Virus record (IMG/VR): IMGVR_UViG_2721755643_000007
Length of the DNA stretch: 57,277 nt
Source of the DNA: a virus
Taxonomy: Duplodnaviria; Heunggongvirae; Uroviricota; Caudoviricetes
Direction: 5' to 3' (one strand)
The notes under the pieces are model-generated. The model worked only from the letters and a program-made list of their open reading frames with translations, made no database searches and was not told where the DNA came from. Positions 45,725 to 55,859 of this stretch are shown here, piece by piece (within the stretch, counting starts at the first letter, position 1; each line of letters starts with the position of its first letter). The position numbers and the translations under genes were made by a program.

Positions 45725-46047
45725 TTTTTTGCCCGTCCATATTCAACGGCTTCTTTGAGGAGTTCATTTTCCATCGTTTTCTTGCCGAGCAGGCGCTGGA
45801 GTTCTTTAATCTGCTTCATGGCGGCAGCAAGTTCAGAGGCAGGAACAACCTGTTCTCCGGCGGCCACAGCAGTAAGACTTCCTTCCTGGTATTGCTTACG
45901 CCAGAGAAATAACTGGCTGGCTGCTACACCATGTTGCCGGGCAACGAGGGAGACCGTCATCCCCGGTTCAAAGCTCTGCTGAACAATTGCGATCTTTTCC
46001 TGTGTGGTACGCCGTCTGCGTTTCTCCGGCCCTAAGACATCAATCAT
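45682..46047 (-). CDS. insC: IS2 OrfA (InsC)
   Basis: Start [41 protein letters not shown]; HTH protein overlapping insD. Confidence 0.9.
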
Positions 46048-46383
46048 CTGTACTCCAATGACTAGTCTAAAAACTAGTATTAAGACTATCACTTATTTAA
46101 GTGATACTGGTTGTCTGGAGATTCAGGGGGCCAGTCTAGGCACTCTGGCGACACTCCTTAAAAATCAGATTCGTGCTCACCTTTCCTTCCCGTTCTTCTC
46201 TGGTAGCGAACCGGTAATACACCGTTCGCCAGACCTTACCATCAACGACCAGGATTCCTGCCCGCGTCATTTTAGCCGCAGCCTGATTTATGCTGGTTAC
46301 GGTTGCGCCTGTTACCGCGGCAACGTCCTGTGCACAGAAGCTCTTATGCGTCCCCAGGTAATGAATAATTGCCTCTTTGCCCG

Positions 46384-47085
46384 TCATACACTTGCTCCTT
46401 TCAGTCCGAACTTAGCTTTAATTTCTGCGATCTTCGCCAGAGCCTGTGCACGATTTAGAGGTCTACCGCCCATAACAGGAAGTTGTTTTACTGGTTCAGG
46501 TATCGTCTCACCACGGTTAATTCGCGCTGTCATACAGGTCAGTTCATCGGCAGCCTTGCGCCGTAATTCCGCGTCAGTCAGCGCATTGGCCCGCATGTTC
46601 TGGTACAAGTTGGTAACCAACCAGTAATGCGCGTTCGATTTCCACGGATAAGACTCTGCATCCGGATACAGGCCACGCTTCCGGCAATACTCGTAAACCA
46701 TATCAACCAGCTCGCTGACGTTTGGCAGCCCGGCGTTAACAGATGCTTCTTCCCGGCACCAGGCGACAAACTGCCCGGGTGATGGCAGGAATGGTCGATT
46801 CTGCCGACGGGCTACGCGCATTCCAGCGTTAACCTGTTCCATTGTGGTGATCCCGTTTTCCCGGAAAGCCAGAACCCACTGGCGGCGGATTTCGTTCAGT
46901 TCATTCTGGTCACGGTTAGCCAGGCTCGCCGGGAAAGTTGCCAGTAACTGGCTGAACACACCGTTGATGATCTGCGCTACCTGCTGTACCTGTGGCTTTT
47001 CGTCGTACTGTTCCGGCATGTTGTTGGCGATCCGGCGCATCTGCTCACAGTCAAAGTTAACCATCTGTGCGGCGATGTTTTTCAT
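46384..47085 (-). CDS. P: replication protein P (DnaB helicase loader)
   Basis: 233 aa MKNIAAQMVNFDCEQMRRIANNMPEQYDEKPQ matches lambda P. Confidence 0.95.
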   Translation of the reverse strand: MKNIAAQMVNFDCEQMRRIANNMPEQYDEKPQVQQVAQIINGVFSQLLATFPASLANRDQNELNEIRRQWVLAFRENGITTMEQVNAGMRVARRQNRPFLPSPGQFVAWCREEASVNAGLPNVSELVDMVYEYCRKRGLYPDAESYPWKSNAHYWLVTNLYQNMRANALTDAELRRKAADELTCMTARINRGETIPEPVKQLPVMGGRPLNRAQALAKIAEIKAKFGLKGASV

Positions 47086-48011
47086 AGCTCCACCCCGTAA
47101 ATCCAGTCAGTGTTCGTCAGGTCGAGTTTTGGTTTGCCGGCTATCACGCCAGCCTGTTGCTTGTTTCGGTTGATTTCGAGCTGGGTCCACTTGTCGCGGA
47201 GTTTGGCCGGACTTAGCACGTTACCGGACCAGAAGTTGTCCTGGCATGCCCAGCGGAACAGCACACACATGTCGCGGTGGTTACGTCCGTCACGTTCACG
47301 CATCAGGCGGATATCGTTAGCCCACCCTGCAAAATTCGGTTTTCTGGCTGATGGCGCGATGGTCTTCACCATGTCAAACATCCACTCTGCGGCGGTCAGG
47401 TCTTCTGCTGTCCCCCACTTGCTGCCGCTCTGAATTGCAGCATCCGGTTTCACCACAGGAAGATCGTTTTCTGGTTGGTCAGAGGATTCGCCAGAATTCT
47501 CGGACGAAAAAGGTTTTATATTGTCTTTTGTTAGTTTGTCTTTTGTGTTTACCTGATTCGGGTAAACGCCTTTACCTGATTTGGGTAAACTTTTTTTACC
47601 TGATTCAGGTAAATTTACCTCTTTCAGGTAAACTTTATTTTTCTTACCTGATTCGGGTAATGTTGACCATTCACTGACCACATTATTAATGCCGGTATTC
47701 CGCCCGCTCTGAATAAAAATCCCACGCTTTACCAGAACACTTTTTGCAGCAGAACACTTGTGCGGCAATATCCCGGTTAATTCGGAAAGTTGCTCGTTGC
47801 TAACCCAATCCAGTTTTTTATTAAAGCCATATGTTTTGCGCATGACAGCCAGAAAGACCAGAAGCTGGTGCTGTGTTAATCCGGCCAGCATCACAGCTTC
47901 CAGCAACTCATTTGCAATGCGCGTATAACCATCATCGAGATCTGCCACGCGCGGCTCCTTTTGTGCCGCATCCGGCACTGGAAAATTGAATATCTCAGCA
48001 GTGTTTGCCAT
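47082..48011 (-). CDS. O: replication initiator O
   Basis: Start MANTAEIFNFPVPD; ori iterons embedded in the gene; ORF track extends 30 codons upstream. Confidence 0.85.
   Translation of the reverse strand: MANTAEIFNFPVPDAAQKEPRVADLDDGYTRIANELLEAVMLAGLTQHQLLVFLAVMRKTYGFNKKLDWVSNEQLSELTGILPHKCSAAKSVLVKRGIFIQSGRNTGINNVVSEWSTLPESGKKNKVYLKEVNLPESGKKSLPKSGKGVYPNQVNTKDKLTKDNIKPFSSENSGESSDQPENDLPVVKPDAAIQSGSKWGTAEDLTAAEWMFDMVKTIAPSARKPNFAGWANDIRLMRERDGRNHRDMCVLFRWACQDNFWSGNVLSPAKLRDKWTQLEINRNKQQAGVIAGKPKLDLTNTDWIYGVEL
47530..47660. repeat. ori iterons within gene O
   Basis: Four or more copies of TACCTGATTCGGGTAA-like repeats (GTTTACCTGATTCGGGTAAACG, TTTACCTGATTTGGGTAAAC, TTACCTGATTCAGGTAAA ...) next to an AT-rich tract. 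Confidence 0.8.
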
Positions 48012-48097
48012 AATTCCTCCCGCAATGAGTGTGTTACGATTTGCACCTGAAAGTCGGTTCTGTTCCAGCAGACCGGCTTTCGCCATTTCTGAACCTG

Positions 48098-48637
48098 TCA
48101 TATCGCCCCCAGCATGGTAGTAACCATCGCCATCAATGGACCAGCCAGATCTGGGTCCACACGAAACATCGACACAATACCTTCACTAATTTCCTTCAGT
48201 TTCTGGTGGCGTGGTGCGTTGAGAATGACAGCCTGTTTTGCCTCACTGAGTTCCTTTTCCATTTCAGCCAACCTAGCCATGAAGCTATCCTGCTCAACCA
48301 GGTAACCGCGATATTCCAGCGGTAGTACCGCCAGAATTGCCGGGGTCAGTTCACGCACGTTATTTCGGTATTTTTCAGAATCGAATTTGTTATCGAGGAA
48401 GCGGAACAGCTTCTGGCGTGCACGGCTGACATCATCAGGGAAATCGATGGTGCCGCCGCCCTGCTCCCGATACTCATTCACAATGAGTGTGGCAACGACA
48501 TCCTGATTATCTACAGCCGACCAGGCGCGGACGGCATCACGGATTTTTTCGTGGCCTGGCACCTGTTTTGTTTGAGAACGATTTATCACCGCAGTCGGGC
48601 TAAATCCGCTAGTCTGTTGGTATGTAAGTGGTTGCAT
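48098..48637 (-). CDS. hypothetical early regulatory protein (possibly YdaT/CII-like)
   Basis: 179 aa between the cro-like gene and O, where CII-type regulators sit; family assignment tentative. Confidence 0.4.
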   Translation of the reverse strand: MQPLTYQQTSGFSPTAVINRSQTKQVPGHEKIRDAVRAWSAVDNQDVVATLIVNEYREQGGGTIDFPDDVSRARQKLFRFLDNKFDSEKYRNNVRELTPAILAVLPLEYRGYLVEQDSFMARLAEMEKELSEAKQAVILNAPRHQKLKEISEGIVSMFRVDPDLAGPLMAMVTTMLGAI

Positions 48638-48706
48638 AATTGACTCCTTTAGTTTGAATTGACTGTTAAGTTGATTGCTTATTGTTAAAGAGCGTGAAAT
48701 GGAAAT

Positions 48707-48937
48707 TTAAGCTGCGTTCTTTTCGGTGTGTGGAAACAACTTCGGAAGATCCGGGCGAATCTGGTATGCCTTCACTACTCCACCAGTAGCCGTAACAATG
48801 CTGCCGACATGTTCAGGGGATACCTTTGCTTTGTTGTGAAGCCACTTATAGACGGCCTGCTGTGAAACTTCGCAAGCAGCGCCCAGTTTCTTTTGTGAAC
48901 CAACGATATTGATCGCTGTTTTGATAGCTGGGTTCAT
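48707..48937 (-). CDS. Cro-like HTH repressor
   Basis: 76 aa with HTH GSQKKLGAACEVSQQAVYKWL; divergent from cI. Confidence 0.75.
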   Translation of the reverse strand: MNPAIKTAINIVGSQKKLGAACEVSQQAVYKWLHNKAKVSPEHVGSIVTATGGVVKAYQIRPDLPKLFPHTEKNAA

Positions 48938-49041
48938 AACAACCTCCGTGGTTAATTTGAATCAAGATTAAAACTATGGTTGTTTTTAGTCAACAACCAT
49001 TTTCGTTTGATGGGATAAAACCTTGGTTGTACATTTGGACT
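48938..49041. promoter_or_regulatory. immunity-region operators/promoters (OR-like) between cro and cI
   Basis: Inverted repeat ATGGTTGTT-tttagtc-AACAACCAT plus a further CCTTGGTTGT half-site in the divergent intergenic region. Confidence 0.6.
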
Positions 49042-49731
49042 ATGAAAACAACACTCTCAGAAAGACTTAAAGAAGCCAGATTAGCGCGAGGCCTTACACA
49101 AAAGGCGCTTGGGGATTTGGTCGGGGTTAGCCAGGCTGCTATTCAGAAAATCGAAACAGGGAAAGCTAATCAAACAACTAAAATCGTGGAGATCGCGAAC
49201 GCTTTGGGTGTGCGCGCAGAATGGTTATCTTCTGGCGTTGGAAATATGTCAGACAGTACAGTGCAACCAATACAATCAACTGTCAGCCATTCCAAATACT
49301 TCAAGATTGACGTTCTTGATATAGAAGTCAGTGCTGGGCCGGGAGTCATCAACCGTGAGTTTGTAGAAGTTCTACGCTCGGTTGAGTACTCGTTTGACGA
49401 TGCTCGTCACATGTTCGATGGTAGGAAGGCGGAAAATATCCGCATCATTAACGTGCGTGGTGACAGCATGTCAGGAACGATCGAACCAGGTGATCTGCTG
49501 TTCGTTGATATCACAGTTAAATCTTTCGACGGTGATGGTATCTATGCGTTTCTGTACGACGACACAGCCCATGTAAAGCGCCTGCAAATGATGAAGGATA
49601 AGCTGCTGGTCATCTCTGATAACAAAAGCTACTCACCGTGGGACCCGATCGAGAAAGACGAGATGAACCGGGTGTTCATCTTCGGTAAGGTTATTGGGAG
49701 CATGCCGCAGACATATAGGAAGCATGGGTAG
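49042..49731 (+). CDS. cI: CI-type repressor (HTH plus S24 LexA-like peptidase domain)
   Basis: Start MKTTLSERLKEARLARGLTQKALGDLVGVSQAAIQKIE; C-terminal GDSM ... K catalytic-dyad region; ORF track extends 22 codons upstream. Confidence 0.85.
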   Translation: MKTTLSERLKEARLARGLTQKALGDLVGVSQAAIQKIETGKANQTTKIVEIANALGVRAEWLSSGVGNMSDSTVQPIQSTVSHSKYFKIDVLDIEVSAGPGVINREFVEVLRSVEYSFDDARHMFDGRKAENIRIINVRGDSMSGTIEPGDLLFVDITVKSFDGDGIYAFLYDDTAHVKRLQMMKDKLLVISDNKSYSPWDPIEKDEMNRVFIFGKVIGSMPQTYRKHG

Positions 49732-49852
49732 TACCAATTAAAAATTATCAACTGGGCATTGTGCTCATTCAGTAAAGAACTAATTCCTATCTTTGCTCTA
49801 GGTAGTAATATTAAGCCACCGCAATAATATCTTTACCTAACGGCGTAAGAAT

Positions 49853-49879
49853 CCCGGTCACCGTGCCGGGTTTTCTTTT
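49853..49879 (+). terminator. rho-independent terminator downstream of cI
   Basis: CCCGGTCACCGTGCCGGG followed by TTTTCTTTT. Confidence 0.6.
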
Positions 49880-50010
49880 GCCCTCCCCTCATCACACACA
49901 CACCGTTAAAAAAACCACCATAACCTCGCTTCAGTTATCGCTATGCGATTCAAGTCACAAAATAAATCCATCCTAAATACAACCAGTTATATCTAAAACA
50001 ACCAATAAAA

Positions 50011-50053
50011 CAACTTTTGTTGTTGACGATAAAACAACTATAGTTTTAAATAA
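50011..50053 (+). promoter_or_regulatory. pL-like promoter with OL-like operator
   Basis: AACAAC-TTTT-GTTGTT inverted repeat overlapping TTGACG (50025-50030), 17-nt spacer, TTAAAT (50048-50053); shares the ACAAC half-site with the OR region. Confidence 0.45.
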
Positions 50054-50244
50054 GTTCATCGCAACAACACAACGATACGGCAACTACCTGATTCACCGTT
50101 GCGATGACCGCTTAGATCCGCAGTTTGAATTTCAGCAGGCTTCGGGGAGTGCGAGGGGTGAAACGGACGCGTGAACGTCGGTGTGACCAGCTGAAATTAA
50201 CTCAACATTTCATACCTTAGTCGCTTCAACGAGGCGGCTTAGTT

Positions 50245-50535
50245 ATGACAACCGGCGGCCATCCACCGCCTGAATACGCGCAGAAGTCTCTATATGTTCA
50301 GCAGCCCAGCTTACGGGCAGGAGTTTTTATGGTTCATCAACATTATGGAACGCAGACCGTTAATCGAGGTGCGGTCATGCCAGGAATGCTGGTCAAACAC
50401 AAAGATGGTACCTGGACTGCATCAGCTAATTTACGCGGACGGCTTTATCTGCATCGCGGCATCGAGCGCACTTATACCCGTGATTTGCTCGTGGAAGTTT
50501 TTCTCGACGGACGCGGTAACGGCCTGAATCACTAA
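50245..50535 (+). CDS. hypothetical protein (96 aa), first ORF of the leftward early operon
   Basis: ORF upstream of gam; not similar to recalled lambda N, cIII or kil. Confidence 0.35.
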   Translation: MTTGGHPPPEYAQKSLYVQQPSLRAGVFMVHQHYGTQTVNRGAVMPGMLVKHKDGTWTASANLRGRLYLHRGIERTYTRDLLVEVFLDGRGNGLNH

Positions 50536-50610
50536 TCCCCTTTCCTGTTTTCCTAATCAGCCTGGCATTTCGCGGGCGATATTTTCACAGCCATTTTCAG
50601 GAGGTCAGCC

Positions 50611-50907
50611 ATGAACGCTTATTACATTCAGGATCGTCTTGAGGCTCAGAGCTGGGCGCGTCACTACCAGCAGATCGCCCGTGAAGAGAAAGAGGCAGAA
50701 CTGGCAGACGACATGGAAAAAGGCCTGCCCCAGCACCTGTTTGAATCGCTATGCATCGATCATTTGCAACGCCACGGGGCCAGCAAAAAAGCCATTACCC
50801 GTGCGTTTGATGACGATGTTGAGTTTCAGGAGCGCATGGCAGAACACATCCAGTACATGGTTGAAACCATTGCTCACCACCAGGTTGATATTGATTCAGA
50901 GGTATAA
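50611..50907 (+). CDS. gam: Gam (RecBCD inhibitor, short form)
   Basis: 98 aa [56 protein letters not shown] matches lambda GamS. Confidence 0.95.
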   Translation: MNAYYIQDRLEAQSWARHYQQIAREEKEAELADDMEKGLPQHLFESLCIDHLQRHGASKKAITRAFDDDVEFQERMAEHIQYMVETIAHHQVDIDSEV

Positions 50908-50912
50908 AACGG

Positions 50913-51698
50913 ATGAGTACAGCACTCGCAACGCTGGCAGGGAAGCTGGCTGAACGTGTCGGCATGGATTCTGTCGACCCACAGGAACTGATCACCACTC
51001 TTCGCCAGACGGCATTTAAAGGTGATGCCAGCGATGCGCAGTTCATCGCATTGTTGATCGTCGCCAACCAGTACGGCCTTAATCCGTGGACGAAAGAAAT
51101 TTACGCCTTCCCTGATAAGCAGAACGGCATCGTTCCGGTGGTGGGCGTTGATGGCTGGTCCCGCATCATCAATGAAAACCAGCAGTTTGATGGCATGGAC
51201 TTTGAGCAGGACAATGAATCCTGTACATGCCGGATTTACCGCAAGGACCGTAATCATCCGATCTGCGTTACCGAATGGATGGATGAATGCCGCCGCGAAC
51301 CATTCAAAACTCGCGAAGGCAGAGAAATCACGGGGCCGTGGCAGTCGCATCCCAAACGGATGTTACGGCATAAAGCCATGATTCAGTGTGCCCGTCTGGC
51401 CTTCGGATTTGCTGGTATCTATGACAAGGATGAAGCCGAGCGCATTGTCGAAAATACCGCATACACTGCAGAACGTCAGCCAGAACGCGACATCACTCCG
51501 GTTAACGATGAAACCATGCAGGAGATTAACACTCTGCTGATCGCCCTGGATAAAACATGGGATGACGACTTATTGCCGCTCTGTTCCCAGATATTTCGCC
51601 GCGACATTCGCGCATCGTCAGAACTGACACAGGCCGAAGCAGTGAAAGCTCTTGGATTCCTGAAACAGAAAGCCACTGAGCAGAAGGTGGCAGCATGA
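50913..51698 (+). CDS. bet: Bet (Red beta single-strand annealing protein)
   Basis: 261 aa [50 protein letters not shown] matches lambda Bet. Confidence 0.95.
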   Translation: MSTALATLAGKLAERVGMDSVDPQELITTLRQTAFKGDASDAQFIALLIVANQYGLNPWTKEIYAFPDKQNGIVPVVGVDGWSRIINENQQFDGMDFEQDNESCTCRIYRKDRNHPICVTEWMDECRREPFKTREGREITGPWQSHPKRMLRHKAMIQCARLAFGFAGIYDKDEAERIVENTAYTAERQPERDITPVNDETMQEINTLLIALDKTWDDDLLPLCSQIFRRDIRASSELTQAEAVKALGFLKQKATEQKVAA

Positions 51699-52375
51699 CA
51701 CCGGACATTATCCTGCAGCGTACCGGGATCGACGTGAGAGCTGTCGAACAGGGGGATGATGCATGGCACAAATTACGGCTCGGCGTCATCACCGCTTCAG
51801 AAGTTCACAACGTGATAGCAAAGCCCCGCTCAGGAAAGAAGTGGCCTGACATGAAAATGTCCTACTTCCACACCCTGCTGGCTGAGGTTTGCACCGGTGT
51901 GGCTCCGGAAGTTAATGCTAAGGCGCTGGCCTGGGGAAAACAGTACGAGAACGACGCCAGAACCCTGTTTGAATTCACTTCCGGCGTGAATGTTACTGAA
52001 TCCCCGATCATCTATCGCGACGAAAGTATGCGCACCGCCTGCTCTCCCGATGGTTTATGCAGTGACGGCAACGGCCTTGAACTGAAATGCCCGTTTACCT
52101 CCCGGGATTTCATGAAGTTCCGGCTCGGTGGTTTCGAGGCCATAAAATCGGCTTACATGGCCCAGGTGCAGTACAGCATGTGGGTGACGCGAAAAGATGC
52201 CTGGTACTTTGCCAACTATGACCCGCGTATGAAGCGTGAAGGCCTGCATTATGTCGTGATTGAGCGGAATGAAAAGTACATGGCGAATTTTGACGAGATG
52301 GTGCCGGAGTTCATCGAAAAAATGGACGTGGCACTGGCTGAAATTGGTTTTGTATTTGGGGAGCAATGGCGATGA
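51695..52375 (+). CDS. exo: Exo (lambda exonuclease)
   Basis: 226 aa [51 protein letters not shown] matches lambda Exo. Confidence 0.95.
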   Translation: MTPDIILQRTGIDVRAVEQGDDAWHKLRLGVITASEVHNVIAKPRSGKKWPDMKMSYFHTLLAEVCTGVAPEVNAKALAWGKQYENDARTLFEFTSGVNVTESPIIYRDESMRTACSPDGLCSDGNGLELKCPFTSRDFMKFRLGGFEAIKSAYMAQVQYSMWVTRKDAWYFANYDPRMKREGLHYVVIERNEKYMANFDEMVPEFIEKMDVALAEIGFVFGEQWR

Positions 52376-52554
52376 AGCATCCTCACGATAATATCCGGGT
52401 AGGCACGATCACTTTCGTCTACTCCGTTACGAAGCGAGGCTGGGTATTTCCCGGCCTTTCTGTTATCCGAAATCCCCTGAAAGCACAGCGGCTGGCTGAG
52501 GAGATAAATAATAAACGGGGAGCTGTATGCACAAAGCATCTCCCGTTGAGTTAA
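52366..52554 (+). CDS. small hypothetical ORF (62 aa)
   Basis: Small ORF overlapping the exo stop, co-oriented with the operon. Confidence 0.35.
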   Translation: MAMKHPHDNIRVGTITFVYSVTKRGWVFPGLSVIRNPLKAQRLAEEINNKRGAVCTKHLPLS

Positions 52555-52718
52555 GAACGAGTATCGAGATGGCACATAGCCTCGCTCAAATTGGAGTCAG
52601 GTTTGTGCCAATACCAGTAGAAACAGACGAAGAATTTCATACGTTAGCCGCATCCCTTTCACAAAAGCTGGAAATGATGGTGGCGAAAGCAGAAGCAGAT
52701 GAGAGAGACCAGGTATGA
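52527..52718 (+). CDS. small hypothetical ORF (63 aa)
   Basis: Small co-oriented ORF. Confidence 0.35.
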   Translation: MHKASPVELRTSIEMAHSLAQIGVRFVPIPVETDEEFHTLAASLSQKLEMMVAKAEADERDQV

Positions 52719-53010
52719 CAACCACGGAATGCATTTTTCTGGCAGCGGACTTCATATTCTGTGTGCTTATGCTTGCCGACATGGGACTTGTTCAATGACA
52801 CCTCAGCAGGAAAACGCCCTTCGCAGCATTGCCCGTCAGGCTAATTCTGAAATCAAAAAAGCCAGACAGCAGTTTCCGGATAAAAACGTCGATGACATTT
52901 GCCGTAGCGTACTGAAGAAGCACCGCGAAACGGTAACGCTGATGGGATTCACACCGACTCATTTAAGCCTGGCAATCGGCATGTTAAACGGCGTCTTTAA
53001 GGAACGATGA
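52699..53010 (+). CDS. small hypothetical protein (true start possibly the internal MTPQQENALRSIARQ)
   Basis: Co-oriented ORF in the ea-type region. Confidence 0.4.
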   Translation: MRETRYDNHGMHFSGSGLHILCAYACRHGTCSMTPQQENALRSIARQANSEIKKARQQFPDKNVDDICRSVLKKHRETVTLMGFTPTHLSLAIGMLNGVFKER

Positions 53011-53108
53011 ACATGAAAAGCAAAATCATCAGGGAGCTACAGGCTCCTTTTTTATTATTCGCATTCACCCTCAAGCGTATTAACCAACAATTCAGGGATT
53101 AATGGAAG

Positions 53109-53330
53109 ATGGCAGACATCATTGATTCAGCATCAGAAATTGAAGAATTACAGCGCAACACAGCAATAAAAATGCGCCGCCTGAACCACCAGGCTATATC
53201 TGCCACTCATTGTTGTGAGTGTGGCGATCCGATAGATGAACGAAGACGCCTGGTCGTTCAGGGTTGTCGGACTTGTGCAAGTTGCCAGGAGGATCTGGAG
53301 CTTATCAGTAAACAGAGAGGTTCGAAGTGA
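53109..53330 (+). CDS. DksA/TraR-family C4 zinc-finger protein
   Basis: 73 aa with CCECGDPIDERRR ... CRTCASCQ four-Cys motif. Confidence 0.8.
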   Translation: MADIIDSASEIEELQRNTAIKMRRLNHQAISATHCCECGDPIDERRRLVVQGCRTCASCQEDLELISKQRGSK

Positions 53331-53540
53331 GCGAAATTAACTAGAAGCCAAAGATAAAATCATCGCTGAGCAGGAGAAAATCGCTAACGGAGAAAAGACA
53401 GTAAGTCAGTATATGAAAACCGCATGATATCATCAGATAAAAATCGGTCGTAAAGCGAAATATTAATACCAGAACAAACGAGTCGAGGTAAATTATATTA
53501 CCTCGATAAATTAACTAAAACTTGCCCGCTATATACTATA

Positions 53541-54143
53541 TCATTCAGTATCATCACGCGCGGTCTGTGCATATGTCACTACCGCACCTAATATATTAAT
53601 TTTCTTTTCAACATAGATAATATTATCGTACTCATAATTGCCATACGGATAGCAAATGCGAATATTCTCATGTAGTTCGGGGTCATCCACCTCAGCTCCA
53701 GAACAACTTTTTGAACTACCGGAAGTATACCGATACGGTGCAACATAAGACGATGTCTCTCCAGGCAAAAAATAAGTTAGTGTCGTAAGGGGTATAATCA
53801 GAAAAAATCCAGCAAATATGCACATCCCTGCATAAACCTTAAGGTATGCTGACAGACTCTTCCAGCCTCTTTGTTTTACTATCCCCTTCTTAACCCAAAA
53901 CAGAGATAACAGAAAAGCTATTCCCATGCTAAACAGAATGTAATAGTGGGATATACTCTGATTAAGAAACGTGACCCTGTAGATATCTGCCCGCCACCAG
54001 AAGAAAAGGAAAATAAAGATCAGCCCTGAAACTGTCATGCAAATCAAATAAGGATACGAATCTTTTTTCATGTTTAGCGCCCATAAAATTTTTCCTGACC
54101 CGGACAAATTTACCATCCATTTTTTGCGCAGAAAATAGCTCAT
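53541..54143 (-). CDS. integral membrane protein (4 predicted TM segments), moron-like
   Basis: 200 aa with hydrophobic segments LICMTVSGLIFIFLFFWW, YYILFSMGIAFLLSLFWV, MCIFAGFFLIIPLTTLTYF; AT-rich; opposite to neighbours. Confidence 0.55.
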   Translation of the reverse strand: MSYFLRKKWMVNLSGSGKILWALNMKKDSYPYLICMTVSGLIFIFLFFWWRADIYRVTFLNQSISHYYILFSMGIAFLLSLFWVKKGIVKQRGWKSLSAYLKVYAGMCIFAGFFLIIPLTTLTYFLPGETSSYVAPYRYTSGSSKSCSGAEVDDPELHENIRICYPYGNYEYDNIIYVEKKINILGAVVTYAQTARDDTE

Positions 54144-54385
54144 TACTTACTGCACAATAATACACAAAATTGCGTAAATTTTTTGCATGGATTTTAGCTC
54201 TTTCAGCCGAAATTTAAGGGGTAAATAGCATTTCCTAAAAGCAACTGCACCAACCCAACAGAATGGGCTACCGCTTACGTTGAGAGCAAAAAAGTGTATA
54301 GCAGCAATGAACAGCATCCTCGCACTGACGAGGATTTCTTTTATCTGAACTCGCTACGGCGGGTTTTGTTTTATGGAGATGATAA

Positions 54386-54553
54386 ATGCACTTCCGAGTC
54401 ACAGGTGAATGGAATGGAGAACCATTCAACAGAGTTATCGAAGCCGAGAACATCAGCGACTGCTATGACCACTGGATGCTGTGGGCGCAGATAGCACATG
54501 CAGACGTAACCAATATTCGAATTGAAGAACTGAAAGAACACCAAGCCGCCTGA
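54386..54553 (+). CDS. small hypothetical protein (55 aa) upstream of xis
   Basis: MHFRVTGEWNGEPFNRVIEAENISDCYDHWMLWAQIAHADVTNIRIEELKEHQAA; GGAG 7 nt upstream; translated by hand. Confidence 0.45.
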   Translation: MHFRVTGEWNGEPFNRVIEAENISDCYDHWMLWAQIAHADVTNIRIEELKEHQAA

Positions 54554-54566
54554 TGGCGGTTTTTTC
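54545..54566 (+). terminator. putative rho-independent terminator overlapping the end of the small ORF
   Basis: CCGCC-TGAT-GGCGG followed by TTTTTTC. Confidence 0.5.
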
Positions 54567-54592
54567 TTGCGTGTAATTGCGGAGACTTTGCG

Positions 54593-54811
54593 ATGTACTT
54601 GACACTTCAGGAGTGGAACGCACGCCAGCGACGCCCAAGAAGCCTTGAAACAGTTCGTCGATGGGTACGCGAGTGCAGGATATTCCCTCCTCCGGTTAAG
54701 GATGGAAGAGAGTATCTGTTCCACGAATCAGCGGTAAAGGTTGACTTAAATCGACCAGTAACAGGTAGCCTTTTGAAGAGGATCAGAAATGGGAAGAAGG
54801 CGAAGTCATGA
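54593..54811 (+). CDS. xis: excisionase Xis
   Basis: 72 aa MYLTLQEWNARQRRPRSLETVRRWVRECRIFPPPVKDGREYLF matches lambda Xis. Confidence 0.95.
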   Translation: MYLTLQEWNARQRRPRSLETVRRWVRECRIFPPPVKDGREYLFHESAVKVDLNRPVTGSLLKRIRNGKKAKS

Positions 54812-55859
54812 GCGCCGGGATTTACCCCCTAACCTTTATATAAGAAACAATGGATATTACTGCTACAGGGACCCAAGGACGGGTAAAGAGTTTGGATTAG
54901 GCAGAGACAGGCGAATCGCAATCACTGAAGCCATACAGGCCAACATTGAGTTATTTTCAGGACACAAACACAAGCCTCTGACAGCGAGAATCAACAGTGA
55001 TAATTCCGTTACGTTACATTCATGGCTTGATCGCTACGAAAAAATCCTGGCCAGCAGAGGAATCAAGCAGAAGACACTCATAAATTACATGAGCAAAATT
55101 AAAGCAATAAGGAGGGGTCTGCCTGATGCTCCACTTGAAGACATCACCACAAAAGAAATTGCGGCAATGCTCAATGGATACATAGACGAGGGCAAGGCGG
55201 CGTCAGCCAAGTTAATCAGATCAACACTGAGCGATGCATTCCGAGAGGCAATAGCTGAAGGCCATATAACAACAAACCCTGTCGCTGCCACTCGCGCAGC
55301 AAAATCAGAGGTAAGGAGATCAAGACTTACGGCTGACGAATACCTGAAAATTTATCAAGCAGCAGAATCATCACCATGTTGGCTCAGACTTGCAATGGAA
55401 CTGGCTGTTGTTACCGGGCAACGAGTTGGTGATTTATGCGAAATGAAGTGGTCTGATATCGTAGATGGATATCTTTATGTCGAGCAAAGCAAAACAGGCG
55501 TAAAAATTGCCATCCCAACAGCATTGCATGTTGATGCTCTCGGAATATCAATGAAGGAAACACTTGATAAATGCAAAGAGATTCTTGGCGGAGAAACCAT
55601 AATTGCATCTACTCGTCGCGAACCGCTTTCATCCGGCACAGTATCAAGGTATTTTATGCGCGCACGAAAAGCATCAGGTCTTTCCTTCGAAGGGGATCCG
55701 CCTACCTTTCACGAGTTGCGCAGTTTGTCTGCAAGACTCTATGAGAAGCAGATAAGCGATAAGTTTGCTCAACATCTTCTCGGGCATAAGTCGGACACCA
55801 TGGCATCACAGTATCGTGATGACAGAGGCAGGGAGTGGGACAAAATTGAAATCAAATAA
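54789..55859 (+). CDS. int: lambda integrase (tyrosine recombinase)
   Basis: 356 aa MGRRRSHERRDLPPNLYIRNNGYYCYRDPRTGKEFGLGRDRR matches lambda Int. Confidence 0.95.
   Translation: MGRRRSHERRDLPPNLYIRNNGYYCYRDPRTGKEFGLGRDRRIAITEAIQANIELFSGHKHKPLTARINSDNSVTLHSWLDRYEKILASRGIKQKTLINYMSKIKAIRRGLPDAPLEDITTKEIAAMLNGYIDEGKAASAKLIRSTLSDAFREAIAEGHITTNPVAATRAAKSEVRRSRLTADEYLKIYQAAESSPCWLRLAMELAVVTGQRVGDLCEMKWSDIVDGYLYVEQSKTGVKIAIPTALHVDALGISMKETLDKCKEILGGETIIASTRREPLSSGTVSRYFMRARKASGLSFEGDPPTFHELRSLSARLYEKQISDKFAQHLLGHKSDTMASQYRDDRGREWDKIEIK

Larger units (their letters stand above)
44808..46138 (-). mobile_element. IS2 insertion sequence (1331 bp) with 5-bp target duplication GGCAC
   Basis: Ends TGGATTTGCCCCTATATTTCCAGACA and GGAGATTCAGGGGGCCAGTCTA match recalled IS2 termini; GGCAC at 44803-44807 and 46139-46143. 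Confidence 0.9.
44749..46387 (-). pseudogene. ren: ren, interrupted near its 3' end by IS2
   Basis: N-terminal 83 codons (MTGKEAIIHYLGTHKSFCAQDVAAVTGATVTSINQ...KECRQSA) at 46139-46387; remaining about 18 codons (AMKRVLRVYK...) continue in frame at 44749-44802 across the IS2. Confidence 0.75.
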
